Below, in pieces: positions 15,206-28,522 of a stretch of 64,000 nt of DNA. How positions within the stretch are numbered: position 1 is the stretch's first letter; every line of letters starts with the position of its first letter. A program made the position numbers and the translations under genes. The notes below the pieces were generated by a model, which saw only the letters and a program-made list of their open reading frames with translations, was not told where the DNA came from and searched no databases. This stretch comes from Octopus vulgaris (taxonomy: Eukaryota), in the NCBI GenBank assembly GCA_951406725.2, contig OX597821.1, forward strand, positions 104,718,001-104,782,000, written 5' to 3'.

Positions 15206-16249
15206 TATGGATATATATACAAATAAAATGTGTATGTGTCTGTGTATTATATCAGCTTTATGTTTGCATTCGACTACGTTGTTCGATATGGCATTTTCTA
15301 ACATTCAAAGTAATACGCTGATGCATAAAGCAAAGCTGTGAATATACTTTGATTTTTCACCTTGCTATGCGTGTAAAATATTTCTTCACTTCCTTTGAAA
15401 TTATAATTGCTATAATGTGATTCTTTATAACACTGAATGTTAGCGAGTGAAAATAAGACTAACTCGATGAGAGGTCAAAAAATAATGAATGTGCGATGAA
15501 AGTTACACGCCAAAGAAAGGACATGAGGTGATTGTAATGGATATCAATCGTTAGGTGGGTGTTCTGAGCAGACATAGAACTCAAAACCTAAATAAAAGCT
15601 ACATATTTCTGCAGCTATATTAATGGGTGGAATCTGATATTTTTGTGTAAATTTAAATTCAATTAAAATATATTGTGCAGAAATTTTGTTGCATTTATAG
15701 GAGAAGAAACGCTGGGGTCGCTATATATCCAGGATCTATGTCACTTTACTAGATAATATTTTTCAGGCTTGTAACAGAGAATAATATTACGATGGTACAT
15801 TCCTACTTTTCCCATGAGGAGCTAGAATATTTTGTAACCGATAAATGCTATGCGATCAATCGAGATTTGCTCAGCTCTGAAGAAGCGTATGTCTTGCTCA
15901 TTTCGCTTATAAGTATTAAAATAACATACGTCTCCTACGAAGATGTGACATGTCCAGGATAATTGAAATAAAAAAATGAACGAAAATGAATCCTTAACAT
16001 CCTGAACCTAAATAGAACTCACTTCAGGTTTAGTAAGCTTACCATCATCATCTTCATTAATGGAATGCAACGATGTCCCGAACATCTTCTCAATGTGTAC
16101 TTTCTTTATTTGTTCTCGAAACTCATCATCCTTGTACAGATTAACAAATAGCAAAAATTAATGAGTATTATTTTGAGAAAATCCTCGGATTTATTTTCAT
16201 GGTTCTCTAATCCTGTATTGGTCGTAGGGCGAGTAGATTCGACCGGCGC

Positions 16250-16640
16250 ATCTTCATCTTCTCCTATCAATTTCAGCTCGCATTGCACTTCCCTTTTCGA
16301 TTCCAAAAGGTGGCCAGCTGAGATTGTAGATATAACGGAAACAGCTCATTCTTGGTTTACCCATCGCTTTCCTGTATTCACGGCTTACAATCCTTTTTGG
16401 CGGAACTCTAACCACACGTCCGTAGTACGGAAGCTGTGATTTCTCAATGCTGAGAAGTAATGGCTCAATGTAAATCGACTCCCGGATCTCTGAGATATTC
16501 AAACTATCAAAATATGTTACACAAGGATCCGTCGGACGAACCCCTGTACGGTCACTACTGTTTGTGATCGTACTTTTTCACTTTACCCGACACTCGCTCT
16601 TTCGTTCGACCATTGCAGTGACCTTGCGCTTGATGTGACC
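16250..16640 (-). mobile_element. RTE-clade LINE 3' relic
   Basis: Minus-strand translation IEPLLLSIEKSQLPYYGRVVRVPPKRI..GKPRMSCFRYIYNLSW resembles the RTE C-terminus (QLRW.GHV.RM...GRPR..W). Confidence 0.6.
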
Positions 16641-17745
16641 AAATGCAGGATGTAGCCTCGACTCAACGATTATTTTATAAACAATAAACATGTCAAAATA
16701 ATACGCTATTATCATATCAAAGACATGATCTTAATAATTAAAATAGCTTAGTCTTCTCCAAGAAGCCCACGGATCAACAGGTGTTGTTAAACCGGTTCTG
16801 CCTGTCAAGAGGATTAATTATAAGCACTCCAACGATTTTCTGCAACATCACTTACATAATAAAACGTAAATGGTATGTATGGTCAAGGTTTGTTATTCTT
16901 ACCAAATAGACTTTGTTTTACAACTTTTAATTAACGTTTGACTTCAAAAAATTATTCTAGATGTCATGATTGAAAATCGTGCGAAAGACGTCAGATATTT
17001 TTATAGTTACTTACAAGTACGTCGTTATAAGTTAGATACATCTCGAAATAACTCAGTGCAATCTGAAATAGATTTGTCATTTTCATATTTCATGAAACGT
17101 GTTAAGACACCTAAGAGACTAGACAGATGAAGAAATGAATTTAATTATAAACTTTAAATGATGGCTAAAAAAAAATAAACACTATTCTTTTATGATTTAA
17201 TTCAGTAAAAAAACAAATACACAGTTCTTTTCGATCGAATTTAATATCACAAAATTTTGTTTATTTTCTTTATTTTTCCGTTGAGTTTATACAATGTTTG
17301 TACAATTTAATGAACGCTTTATACTTCACAGACTAATTAATAAAATTTATTTCTATAACAAATTTCTGGAATGTGATTCCTTCATAGGTAGTCTCAATCA
17401 GCAAATTACTTTTCTTTTCCCCTTGATACAGTATTGTTTTAAATAATGATCACAGAACGGTTTTATATGATGCAAAATATAAAACGCAATAGAACTAGAA
17501 ATCTGCAGATCTCTAAACATATTTTGCACAATAATGTCATATATATATATGTAAGAGTGCATCCGCGTTATAATTATTTATTTTGTATAAAAGATTAAAA
17601 TGATATTCAATGTTATAATAATTTATTATATATAAAATATTAAAATGATATTCAAAGATGACAGATGTAAAGTGTGATATTACACAGAATTAAAGAATAC
17701 ATTTGTATGTATTATCATCACACCTGTATAATTATGCAGATATTG

Positions 17746-17958
17746 GTTTCAAATATTGACACGATGTCAGGAAATTCGAGGGGGTGAGTAAATCGTTTAT
17801 ATCGACCCCAGCACTCGACTGATACTTACTTTACCGACACCGAAAGGATGAATGGCAAAATTGACCTCGGAGGAATTTGAACTCAAAACACGAAGATTGA
17901 AGTAATGCCGGTAAGCATTATGCACGACGTTCTCATGACTCCGCAAGCTCGCTCGCCT
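17746..17958 (-). mobile_element. tRNA-derived SINE family B (alternative tail), degenerate
   Basis: Minus strand: GGCGAGCGAGCTTGCGGAG head, GAGTTCAAATTCC B-box, GCCATTCATCCTTTCGGTGTCGGTAAA core, CTGGGGTCGATATA. Confidence 0.75.
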
Positions 17959-18274
17959 CCTCAGCAGAGCTGAAAATATTGAGATCAAAATATGGTCGGT
18001 ATCAGGAACGTTGAACTAAATTCGGTGCGAATAATAAACGTTTGCATCTGTATAAAATGTTCTATTTCCCTTAATTGATCTGCAGAAATGTGCAGCTTTA
18101 CGGCAAGGATGTTGCTCTCAAGATCATAAGATCTTGGCTTCGATTGCAGGCGTGGGCAGTGCCGTGGGTGTTTGAGAAAATTACTTCATTTTACGATGCC
18201 CCAATCCAAATAGGTGAGTAGACTGGCGTTATATTCGGATGGGTGTTGTCATCATTTTCACTTACTCACCATGA

Positions 18275-18609
<335 letters not shown>

Positions 18610-18610
<1 letters not shown>

Positions 18611-18782
18611 TGTATTCCTTTATACTTTTACAAGTTTTAGTTACTTGATTGTGGCCATGATGGAACACCGCCTTAAGTGTTTTTTTGTTTAGTCGAAGAA
18701 ATTGGATTTTGGAATTATTCCTTGTAAGCCATTTGCTTATTCTATCGGTGTCTTTCTATCAACCACTAAGTGAAGAGGACAC
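18610..18782 (-). mobile_element. SINE family A 3' portion
   Basis: GTGGCCATGATGGAACACCGCC..TTATTCTATCGG is the reverse complement of the family A tail. Confidence 0.65.
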
Positions 18783-19219
18783 TAATGAGACTTACCAGCG
18801 AAGACATTGTAGTACGTTTGGTTATTGATTCTAGCAGCATGGACCATAATAAACAACATAAAGTCCACTAACCTCGCAAAAACCATCAACACCACCAACG
18901 CAAACAGTCAACTAATCAAATGGATTGTTAGTCTTTGAATCTCTTCTTTATATGTAATATTTATTGAAATAATCGTCCTTTGAAGAATTTCTCTACAACA
19001 CTTGGTTGTTGAGGAGGAGACGCTAGATGAAAATACATTAGTGTAATATATTTATCGCTTTTTTTTTTTTTTTCGTTTTAACATTCCATTTTCTGTATAT
19101 CATAAAACAGAATGTCATATTGCCACTTTTCTGAGCAAGTAAAAAAAAAAAAAAAAGATGCCGGAACAATATAAATGACAAATGTAAAAGGACCCGACGA
19201 TAGGAAAAAACTCTATCCA

Positions 19220-19392
19220 CAGGAGTGGCTGTTGGGTAAGTAGCTTGCTTACCAACCATATGGTTCTGGGTTCAGTCCCACTACGGGGCACCTTGGGCAA
19301 GTGTCTTCTACTATAGCCTCGGGCCGACCAAATCCTTGTGAGTGAATTTGTTAGTCGGAAACAGAAGGAAGCCCGTCGTATATATGTATATA

Positions 19393-19449
<57 letters not shown>

Positions 19450-19703
19450 TATATGTGTGTGTGTGTGTGAGAGAGTGTGTATGTGTGCTTGTGTGCCTGT
19501 GTGTATGTGTGTCTGTGTTTGTCTCCCCAACATCGCTTGACAACCAATGCTGGTGTGTTCACGTCCCTGTAACTTAGCGGTTCAGCAAAAGAGACCGATA
19601 GAATAGGTACTAGGCTTACAAAGAATAAGTCTTGGGGTCAATTTGCTCGAGTAAAGGCGGTGCTCCAGCATAACCACAGTCACATGACTGAAACAATTAA
19701 AGA
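19220..19703 (+). mobile_element. tRNA-derived SINE family A with internal (TA)n(GT)n
   Basis: Head AGGAGTGGCTGTTGGGTAAG..GGGTTCAGTCCC (A/B box-like), CACCTTGGGCAAGTGTCTT core, internal microsatellite, tail GGCGGTGCTCCAGCAT..TGACTGAAAC. Several other copies in the window. Confidence 0.88.
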
Positions 19704-20468
19704 CAGAGTCGCTGGCAATTCTAAATTGAATTACGACATCTCCAATAAAGGAGGATGTGTTAGTAATTTAGGCAAGTTATGTTATATATTTGTGCTGTGT
19801 CCGTGATTGCTAAGGTGCATAGAAATCATGTTTGGTTATAATAGGAATTGTATGAATGTTCATTTACCTTGATGAAGTTTTCATGGAGTTGTATATGAAA
19901 TAAATACGCCTAAACTTTCAATAACTTAGTGATTTTCTGTATATTACTGCAAATTAGGAAATCGTAATATTCCTAAGAATGAAGATTATTAGCGAAATAT
20001 TATCTGCTTTAGCATTGCAACCATACGACAGGAAAGCAGATTTATATGTTGCCAGCATATTACATTTCCAATTACGAATCCCCAAGATGGAAATTCATAA
20101 TCTTATACGATCCAAATACGTACTGGTAAGGGTTTCTGATCCAATTTGCATATAATAAAACAAATATTGCATTTAAATCTTTAGTTTTGCAGCTAGTAAT
20201 GCAAAGTGCGAAACTGAAAAAAAAAAAAGCACAAGTGTATAACGTAACAGATGTGATGGTTCCAAATTATACAATTTTGTGAAGAGCATTGAAATGGCAG
20301 CATGAGACTCTGAGAAATTTTAATTAGCTTGGCGCTCGCAGGGTTCTCCTGCAATTCGCACACACCACTCACCTTCATGTCACACGCACACACATACACA
20401 TGTATATACATATTCATTTCACATGTATGTCTACCTATATAGGTATATGTATGTATTATATCTCTCTT

Positions 20469-20499
<31 letters not shown>

Positions 20500-20539
20500 T
20501 TATCTATCTATCTATCTATCTATATACATATAACTATAA

Positions 20540-20589
<50 letters not shown>

Positions 20590-20692
20590 TAATAGTATTA
20601 CTTAAGTTTGCCGTGAAATGGTCCTTTTTTCATACCGAATTCTATTTGGTGAAATTATTGATTACTTCTTAATTGATTAATTTTACTCTTTG

Positions 20693-20745
<53 letters not shown>

Positions 20746-20784
20746 TATATATATATATATGTATATATGTATATATATGTATAT

Positions 20785-21000
20785 ATGTATTCTTTAATTG
20801 TTTTACAAGTTTTAGTCATTTGATTGTGGCCATGATGGAGCACCGCATTAAGTTCTTTTTAGTCGAAGAAATTGGACTCTAGAATTATTCTTTGTAAGCC
20901 AGGTGCTTATTCTATCGGTCTCGTTCTCTCAACCACTAAGTAAAGAGGAGACAAAGAAAGCACCATCAGTTATTATGCGATGGAGCGGACAAGCGGACAC
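20785..21000 (-). mobile_element. SINE family A 3' portion
   Basis: Reverse complement of the family A tail; very similar to 18610-18782. Confidence 0.65.
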
Positions 21001-21623
21001 AAAATCATACACATGAATAAATGAATACACAAACACACACGTACATACATACATACATAATACATACACACACACACACACACAATAATTATACGTAAAT
21101 TTAAATAAGCAGAAGCTGCAGAAAACATTTGATAATCAAACTAAGAATTTGACCAACATCGGTTAATTACTTTTTAATACAAAGCATAACATCTTTTACA
21201 GCCGTTTCGGATGCCAAAGTCAGTCGGTGCTTACAAAGAACTTTCCAAAACTAATATTCGTCATCTTTCTAGCACGTTCGATCCAGTGCATGGGGCTTCA
21301 TCGGAGTGAATACAAATATAATAAAATAAAAGAAAGTAAGAGGGATGCCATTTTGCAGTGTGAAGCTTGAAGTCTGCTGCTGTTTCGTGTAGAAAACTAG
21401 GCAAGCGGAGTCACAATCACCATCGTGATAACAAAGACGAAAAATGGTTTAAATTTATTTCCAACGTACGTAACATCGTGTATATACAAACGTATGGCAA
21501 GCGTACGGTAGACTACAAAATAAGAAAAATATAAAATATAACAAATTTAAGTAGAAATATTATTTGAACAGATGTTTTACTTCCTCATATAGAACTCTAT
21601 TATGAGATAGTTTTGTTACAAAA

Positions 21624-21725
21624 TATTGGGTTGTCCTGAAAGTTCGTGCCGATTTATAGCAGCTTAACTTCTGACTTATTTTAGAAGATGGTTGAGTCCA
21701 AAAAATAGGATTTGACTACACCTCC
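21624..21725. mobile_element. Mariner-type TIR end fragment
   Basis: TATTGGGTTGTCCTGAAAGTTCGTGCCGATTT is a mariner-like terminus; no partner TIR seen. Confidence 0.45.
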
Positions 21726-21928
21726 GTATATTTCGTATATTTTCATTTGTCTTGCTTATTTTTAGACCCTTAGTTTTTTGCTGAATTTTTTCTTGAGAAC
21801 ACATTATTCGTGGAAAATGGCGATTTTGACGTCTATATCTAGCATACAGGCTGTCAACTTTTAGTGGTCAGTCCTCTAAATTTTGTATACAATTTTTTTT
21901 AATCTTCGGATTTATATATATATATATA

Positions 21929-22080
21929 CGACGAGCTTCCTTCCGTTTCTGTCTACAAAATCACAAACTCCACTCTCAGAGCTTTGGTTATCCCGAGGCT
22001 AGAGCAGCAGATACTTGCCCAAGATGCCACGCCGTCGGCTTGTACACGGAACTATTTGATTAGAAAAGCAGGCTCCTTAC
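21929..22080 (-). mobile_element. SINE family A 5' half
   Basis: ACGAGCTTCCTTCCGTTTCTGTCTAC..ACTTGCCCAAGATGCCACGC is the reverse complement of the family A head/core. Confidence 0.7.
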
Positions 22081-22153
22081 TATGTCTGTGCATTTATGTT
22101 TGCATAAATACATAATTTTCTGCATAGGTTTTTACGCAGACACACACACACAC

Positions 22154-22210
<57 letters not shown>

Positions 22211-22211
<1 letters not shown>

Positions 22212-22425
22212 GTGTGTGTGTTTACATTTTATATATATTTGTTACCCCACCGTTGCTTGTCAACGGATGTTGGCGTGTTTACGTCCACATAATCTTGCGG
22301 TTCGGCAAAATTAAACGATAGAATAAGTACCCGGCTTAGAGAGAATAAGTCTTGGGATCGATTTGGTCGACTAAAGACGGTACTCCAGCATGGCCGAATT
22401 CGAATGACAGAAATAAATAAAAAGT
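22211..22425 (+). mobile_element. SINE family A 3' half
   Basis: GCTTGTCAAC..GCGGTTCGGCAAAA..GATAGAATAAGTAC..CTCCAGCATGGCC. Confidence 0.7.
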
Positions 22426-25249
22426 ATTTTCTTTAGGCTTCTAATAAAATCATAAAACCTAGGAACGATACAGAAGACCTTTGTTCTCTTAAAAGCAGTT
22501 CCCATAGACGAATTGAATATAAGATCATATGAAGCGATTAAATATTGCAATATTTATACAAGTGGTTGTCTTATTGCTAATCTAACTTTACCTTTTGAAA
22601 CAAATGATTAATTTTACTATCAATATGTAATTTAATTGACCATTACTGCCTCTGTTTGGTTTTGCGCACTTTTACAGCAATATAATGAAATAATATCTGA
22701 ATATCATTGATAAATTCTATATTCAGTATTTCATAGATCAATGCAACTAGATCCTATTTTCATTGCAAAATTGAATCATAATGGGTACACATAATAACAT
22801 TTCACCATACAAATCACATTAAATGACGCTATTGATATCATATATACGTTCGATGCTTCTCCTAGTATGAATAATAATGGCGAATAAAATTACTTAAATC
22901 AAGAACTGGCATGTTGATTGCTAATATCATTGGATGAGGTATGACTAAATATGTATTAACAATAGGATATCGTATTGGGTTTATGCTAAGGATTACGGAA
23001 TTCCTAATATGCTGAATAAAAGGTGCAATAGATAATACTATTCTGTGCGAGTCAAGGAAACGAAGTAAATACAGATTCCCTGCGGTCCTTTACGTGTTTC
23101 ATTGTACAACACCTTAGGTAATGTTGTTCTCCGATGGCCTAACAACACATACTTACTGGTGTCGATTTGTTCGACAAAAAAGCGTCAATGCGATGACCTA
23201 AAAAATCGTCAGTCCAGTGCAGTGACTGAAACAATTAATAGGTTAATATGCTGTAGTAATTTTCCTAATTTCCCATACACCGGTGCCACGCTTCATTTTT
23301 CTGAAGCGCCAGTGAATGGAAAGCTGCTAGAATCACTATCATATTCAACTCGAATCTAGACATCTTAAGAGATATAATTGTTGGCAATATCTTGCAACTT
23401 TCATCCTAAAACTATTATTACAAAAGAATGAGTTAAATAAAATATATATGCAAAGATATCTCGACAAAATTATCAAGCTTTCTCTTATGTAACAATTTCT
23501 AATATAACAGTGGAAGAATTGCATCGAATGCAAATGCTCTTTTTCACTGATATTTTATAACTATGCATTATATTGCAGATATTTCGAAAATTCCTAAGGC
23601 AATACATTCACGTTTATATGTCTAGAACACGGTACCCATTTAGAGGTATCATTACGTAAAGACATCAAGTGTTAAGAACATTTTAGAAATAAGAATTACA
23701 GTTTAAACGAGAATGTTAATTTAGAATTTTAACAAACGTGACTGGAGGAAATTTCGGTTATATCTTGAAGTTTATGCAAAGAATGTACACGTGAGAATCT
23801 GATCGCATTTTACTGTGTATTACGCAACGGTAATTACCTGAAAACTTTAGAGTTGTATGGCAAAAGAAAGGTGTCAGATATTGATGAAGCGTTTATCTAT
23901 ATCTGCATAGCGATATATTCCAAGTAGACAAGTCCCTTTATTCTCGATAATTATCTTATCCTCAGGTGATTGAACACCCTATCCCTGGAAGCAACTACAC
24001 ATCAATTACTTGAAATAGATAAAAGGCCGTATGATTATTGATACACGCACACACGGACACACAAAGACACACACCGACACAAACAAATACACGCGTGCGC
24101 AGCACACACACACATATGTGAAGTTCATTCTGCATCTCTTAACAGCGTCCAGAGCTAATCATATTGACAGCGCTATTGCGCTACGCTCATTACATGAATA
24201 TGTTAATGTTATCGACAAATCAATAACAACAGTTCTGATGCATACGACTGCCACGTTGAGCTAACAGTTCTATGTATGTATGTATGTATGTATGTATGTA
24301 TGTATGTATGTATGTATGTATATACGTATGTATGTATGTATGTATGTATGTATGTATTTATGTATGTATGAATGTATGTATGTATGTATGTATGTATGTG
24401 TGTATGAATGCATCTACGTATGTATGTATGAATGTATAAATGTATGTATGTATGTGTCTGTATGGATGGATGGATTTATGTATATAATGCGTTTATCAAA
24501 GTAGTTCTCATTCTGAAGGTGTATGCTTATACACACACGGAGACACACATAGACAGACAGACAGACACACACACACGCGCGCGCACGCGTGCTATAAGAA
24601 GAACAACTTCACATCAAATCGCAGAATTATTCAATAAGTTTTGTTGACTGCATAGTATTTATGCTCTTTGAAGAATAGATGTTCCAATGACTTCGACATA
24701 ATCGGCATTCTACTTTCTTTGAGCTGTTGCGCAAGGATCACGTGCTACGCGGTTATCCACTTCGCAGGGAGCTGACTCCACCACTAAGTGACTACTAGAA
24801 GATTGACAGAAGAAATAGAGAGGAGAATAAGAGAATTTCCCTCTCTGGTTTGGCAAGTTGTGACGATGAATGATGTATAGTCCCTGAGAGACAAGCTACA
24901 CGTAAAGTTATCCTTTTAATATGGGGACAGGAGAAAAAGATATAACTGAACTTGACACCTGTATTCCTATTTGACCCTAAATAAATGAGATCGACCTAAA
25001 GGACGGAACTTTCCTCTATTATACCCTTTCTAAATAAGTATGACACGAAATGGTCACAGGTTAACGATTGACTCTCCCGAATTTCAAACTGACGATGCCG
25101 GTAATATTATGAAGGAACTCGTAGGGAAACCAAGTATGGTATTTGAATCTTAGATAAGAATCTGGGAAGCGATTTGCTACACATATGCATGGATGTATGT
25201 GATTTATTATCTCTTTCTGCCTTTCTGTCCATCTGTATATATATATATA

Positions 25250-25491
25250 TTGAGTAGTTGAATGAATTATCTTATTAAGGATAATTCGGTTAACCGATAC
25301 CTGGGTAGCAAATTCACGTCAGAAAAACACGTTTGAAGCTACATGCGAAGGGCAGAGATCAGGTCCTTTGGTGTGGAAATTTGTGTGTTTTTTTTAATAC
25401 AAATAAATGAAAGAATGGAGTTGAACGACGAATTAACAAAATTCCTTTATTCTCGATATATAAAGGAATTTTGTTATTCGTCGTTCAACTC
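25250..25491. repeat. Short (TA)n-embedded element with terminal fold-back (25418-25491)
   Basis: GAGTTGAACGACGAATTAACAAAATTCCTTTA pairs with TAAAGGAATTTTGTTATTCGTCGTTCAACTC (1-nt indel). Confidence 0.75.
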
Positions 25492-25494
25492 ATA

Positions 25495-25584
<90 letters not shown>

Positions 25585-25624
25585 ATAAGTGTAGGTCGTA
25601 TACGAGTGGGTATATATTTATAAA

Positions 25625-25778
25625 AAAGAAGTTTGAAAACACCGCTATATAAAATGAATTTTAATTTTCTTTTTAAAATATATTTGATAAGGTTCATTTT
25701 TTCAAGAAGAACCGAAACATGTAAAATTTCTAAGAAAATTGAAATTCATCTTATAAAGTGGCGTTTTCAAACTTCTTT
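25625..25778 (+). other. Hairpin element with hammerhead-like core at its apex
   Basis: ~45-bp imperfect inverted arms enclose TTGATAA-GGTTC..GAACC-GAAA-CATG-TA (25684-25723). Confidence 0.55.
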
Positions 25779-25880
25779 ATATATATATATATATATATAT
25801 TTAGGGAGAGTGATAGTTAGTTAGGCAGACATACAGATAGATCGATAGATAGATAGATAGATAGAGTGATAGATAGATAT

Positions 25881-25951
<71 letters not shown>

Positions 25952-26810
25952 TGATGGATAGATTACGTGAGAGCGTGCATTTCCTTGTATGGATGTTTGT
26001 GCTAAACATGCGTTAAATACAGGAACCAAATTTGGTCCCCGAACAAAACGGTATTAATGTAAAAAAGGGTTCATGACTGAGATGAATGAATGCATTTTGA
26101 AGAGTTCCCTGTTGCTTGTCTTTTCTACAAATTCGACAATGATGGTCATTCATGTTTAATGTGTTATCAACAAGCTCTCATAGATTTCACCACACGTTGT
26201 AAAAAAAAAACAAAAACATGACGAGTTGTATTATGTTCAGTGACAGTTCGAAGCTACTTGGAGTCTAATGGCATAGACAACGTCATCAACTGACATAATC
26301 AGGTAAAAGAACTTGGAAATACCACTGGATCTAATAGCAGAAGTATTCATTTACTTCTAAGTATAATTGGTATTTTTCAAGAGACAGAAACGAAAAAAAA
26401 AAATAGGTAGAGAAAAAAGAAAGGGAGTGATAGTGTTCCGTTTTACACGTATTCGTAAAGAATTGCCTAGTAAGCAACATTTTTTCTTGATATGCAGTAA
26501 AGCACAATGGAAGGTAATTAAAGCTGTTGAAAATTCTCTGCCAGTGCAATACATCTTTCTAAATCATTTTTCAAGTTGGAATGCATACTGCGCTATCTAG
26601 AGCACGTATTTACGCAGAGAAATGAATAAGAATCGAAATGAGCATATCCATCGACAATTCTATCCACAGAGATGGTCTTCTCTAATATAAAATCTATATT
26701 TCTCCTCCGCTCACATGGAAGGCATGTATGTACGTACGTACGTGCCTACGTACGTATGTATGTAAGCATGTATGTATGTATGTATGTGTGTGTGTATGTA
26801 TGTATGGATG

Positions 26811-26864
<54 letters not shown>

Positions 26865-28354
26865 TTCATTTATTGTGCAGTAAAATAAGAATTTGATTGA
26901 CGGGCAGTAATAAATTTTCCATTCGGAAATAGGCAAAGTAGATGATGGTACCTTCCCCGCAAAAAAATCATCATTAATTACGGAGAATATGGCATAAAGA
27001 GCGATGTTTGTTCAAGGTAAAATATATTAAATAGAATCTATTGAGACTGATGGTAATTTCCATGGGTAACACTTGTATTATTTAGTTAAAATAACGTAAA
27101 AAGTGTAATCATTTTGTGGAGGGGAACGGAGTATACCCGTTTTCAGATTTCGTATGCCTTCAGCATTAAGAAAAGAAAAGAAAAGGGAAAACAGCAGATT
27201 TGCCCCTTTTGTTTTTACGTGAGAAACCATAAAATTTTGATGACGTAAGATAACGCTGGCATATTGTAGTAAGGAGGTAGCAATTGAGAGGGAGAGATAA
27301 ACCGAATGAGAGATAAAGAAGGGAAGATAAATGATAGGTAGTAGAGACGTTTGTAATGATGAGTCACAGAGTAAAAACTAAGTTTGGAAGAGTACTGAAG
27401 TAAAACTTGGGTCGAGTGAAGCAAGAAGGGATAGTAGATAGAATAAGGTTCATTTATCTGTGACATAATGTGGCTTCCACAGACATTTACTCAAAAATGA
27501 AGATATTATATTAAATAAATATGTAAAGCAAATATCTGCCTCTATATTCACAAGGCAGTTAAAGATTATAAGGAGTAGGTAGAAAACAAACATATGTTTC
27601 AATGAATTAAGATAAAGAAAATAATTTAGTATAATCTAGTAACATTTAGTTAATGATGGAAATACATTTTCTGGCGGAGTATATTTAGAAATATTTTTTT
27701 TTTAATAGAGAATAACTACTTAATGAATAGAAACTTTCAAAATTAATTGCTTTTATTGATTAACATTATAATTGTGTCTGGTATAAAAATACGAATCTGA
27801 GTTACTTGCCGTTGAAAACTGATTTTACCTTTATATATAGTTTCGTTTTAGATTTTCTACTATCTTATTAAAATGTGAATAAATGGACACATGACTGAAT
27901 CGTGGCATAGTTTGTGGAAATGATTTCTACGATTTGATTTGAATGTTTCTTAACGAATACGCCTGAAGGAAAACCCTACGTCCAATCCTGTTCCTAATAT
28001 TATGAACCAGGTAACATCAATGCAATTGTTTTTTTTCTCAATTACTGGAAACTGTGTTGAAAAAAAAATTCCGTAATGCTAAGGAGAAAATGGAAAACTT
28101 TTGCACTGAGTGGTCTGTAGAGCAGCCTAAAGCGGAAACAATATGGGTGTTAATAGGAGAGATATGTGCGGTCAGCAAGCTTGGGTAGAGGAAGCAAGTT
28201 AGGATATATTTACTGTAGTAGATATAGATAATGTAGTGTGTAGATATAAAAGGCCATTCAGCTGGAATTTGCAGTTTCTCTGTCAGTGCTTGTGCTGATG
28301 CTTGTTATATACAGAGTGCGTAAGATATTTGAGGAGAGATTCATGTATATATAT

Positions 28355-28452
28355 ATGGTGGCATCATTCGAAGGCTAAAACAATGCGAACGCATTGTGAC
28401 CAGCGATGTGTAACAACATCTGATGGTCTGGTCGGTCATGTGATCAGGTGAT
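28355..28452 (+). mobile_element. SINE 3' tail fragment
   Basis: GGTGGCATCATTCGAAGGCTAAAACAATGCG..CATCTGATGGTCTGGTCGGTCATGTGAT sits between TA runs; recognised as a cephalopod SINE-type tail. Confidence 0.45.
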
Positions 28453-28475
28453 ATATATATGTATCTATCTATCTA

Positions 28476-28520
<45 letters not shown>

Positions 28521-28522
<2 letters not shown>

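Noticed and set aside
21190-21310. Hammerhead-like CCGAUGA..GAAACGGCUGUA on the minus strand
   Set aside because: Core words and a near-palindromic stem III are present, but stems I and II do not pair convincingly; at best a decayed pLTR relic.
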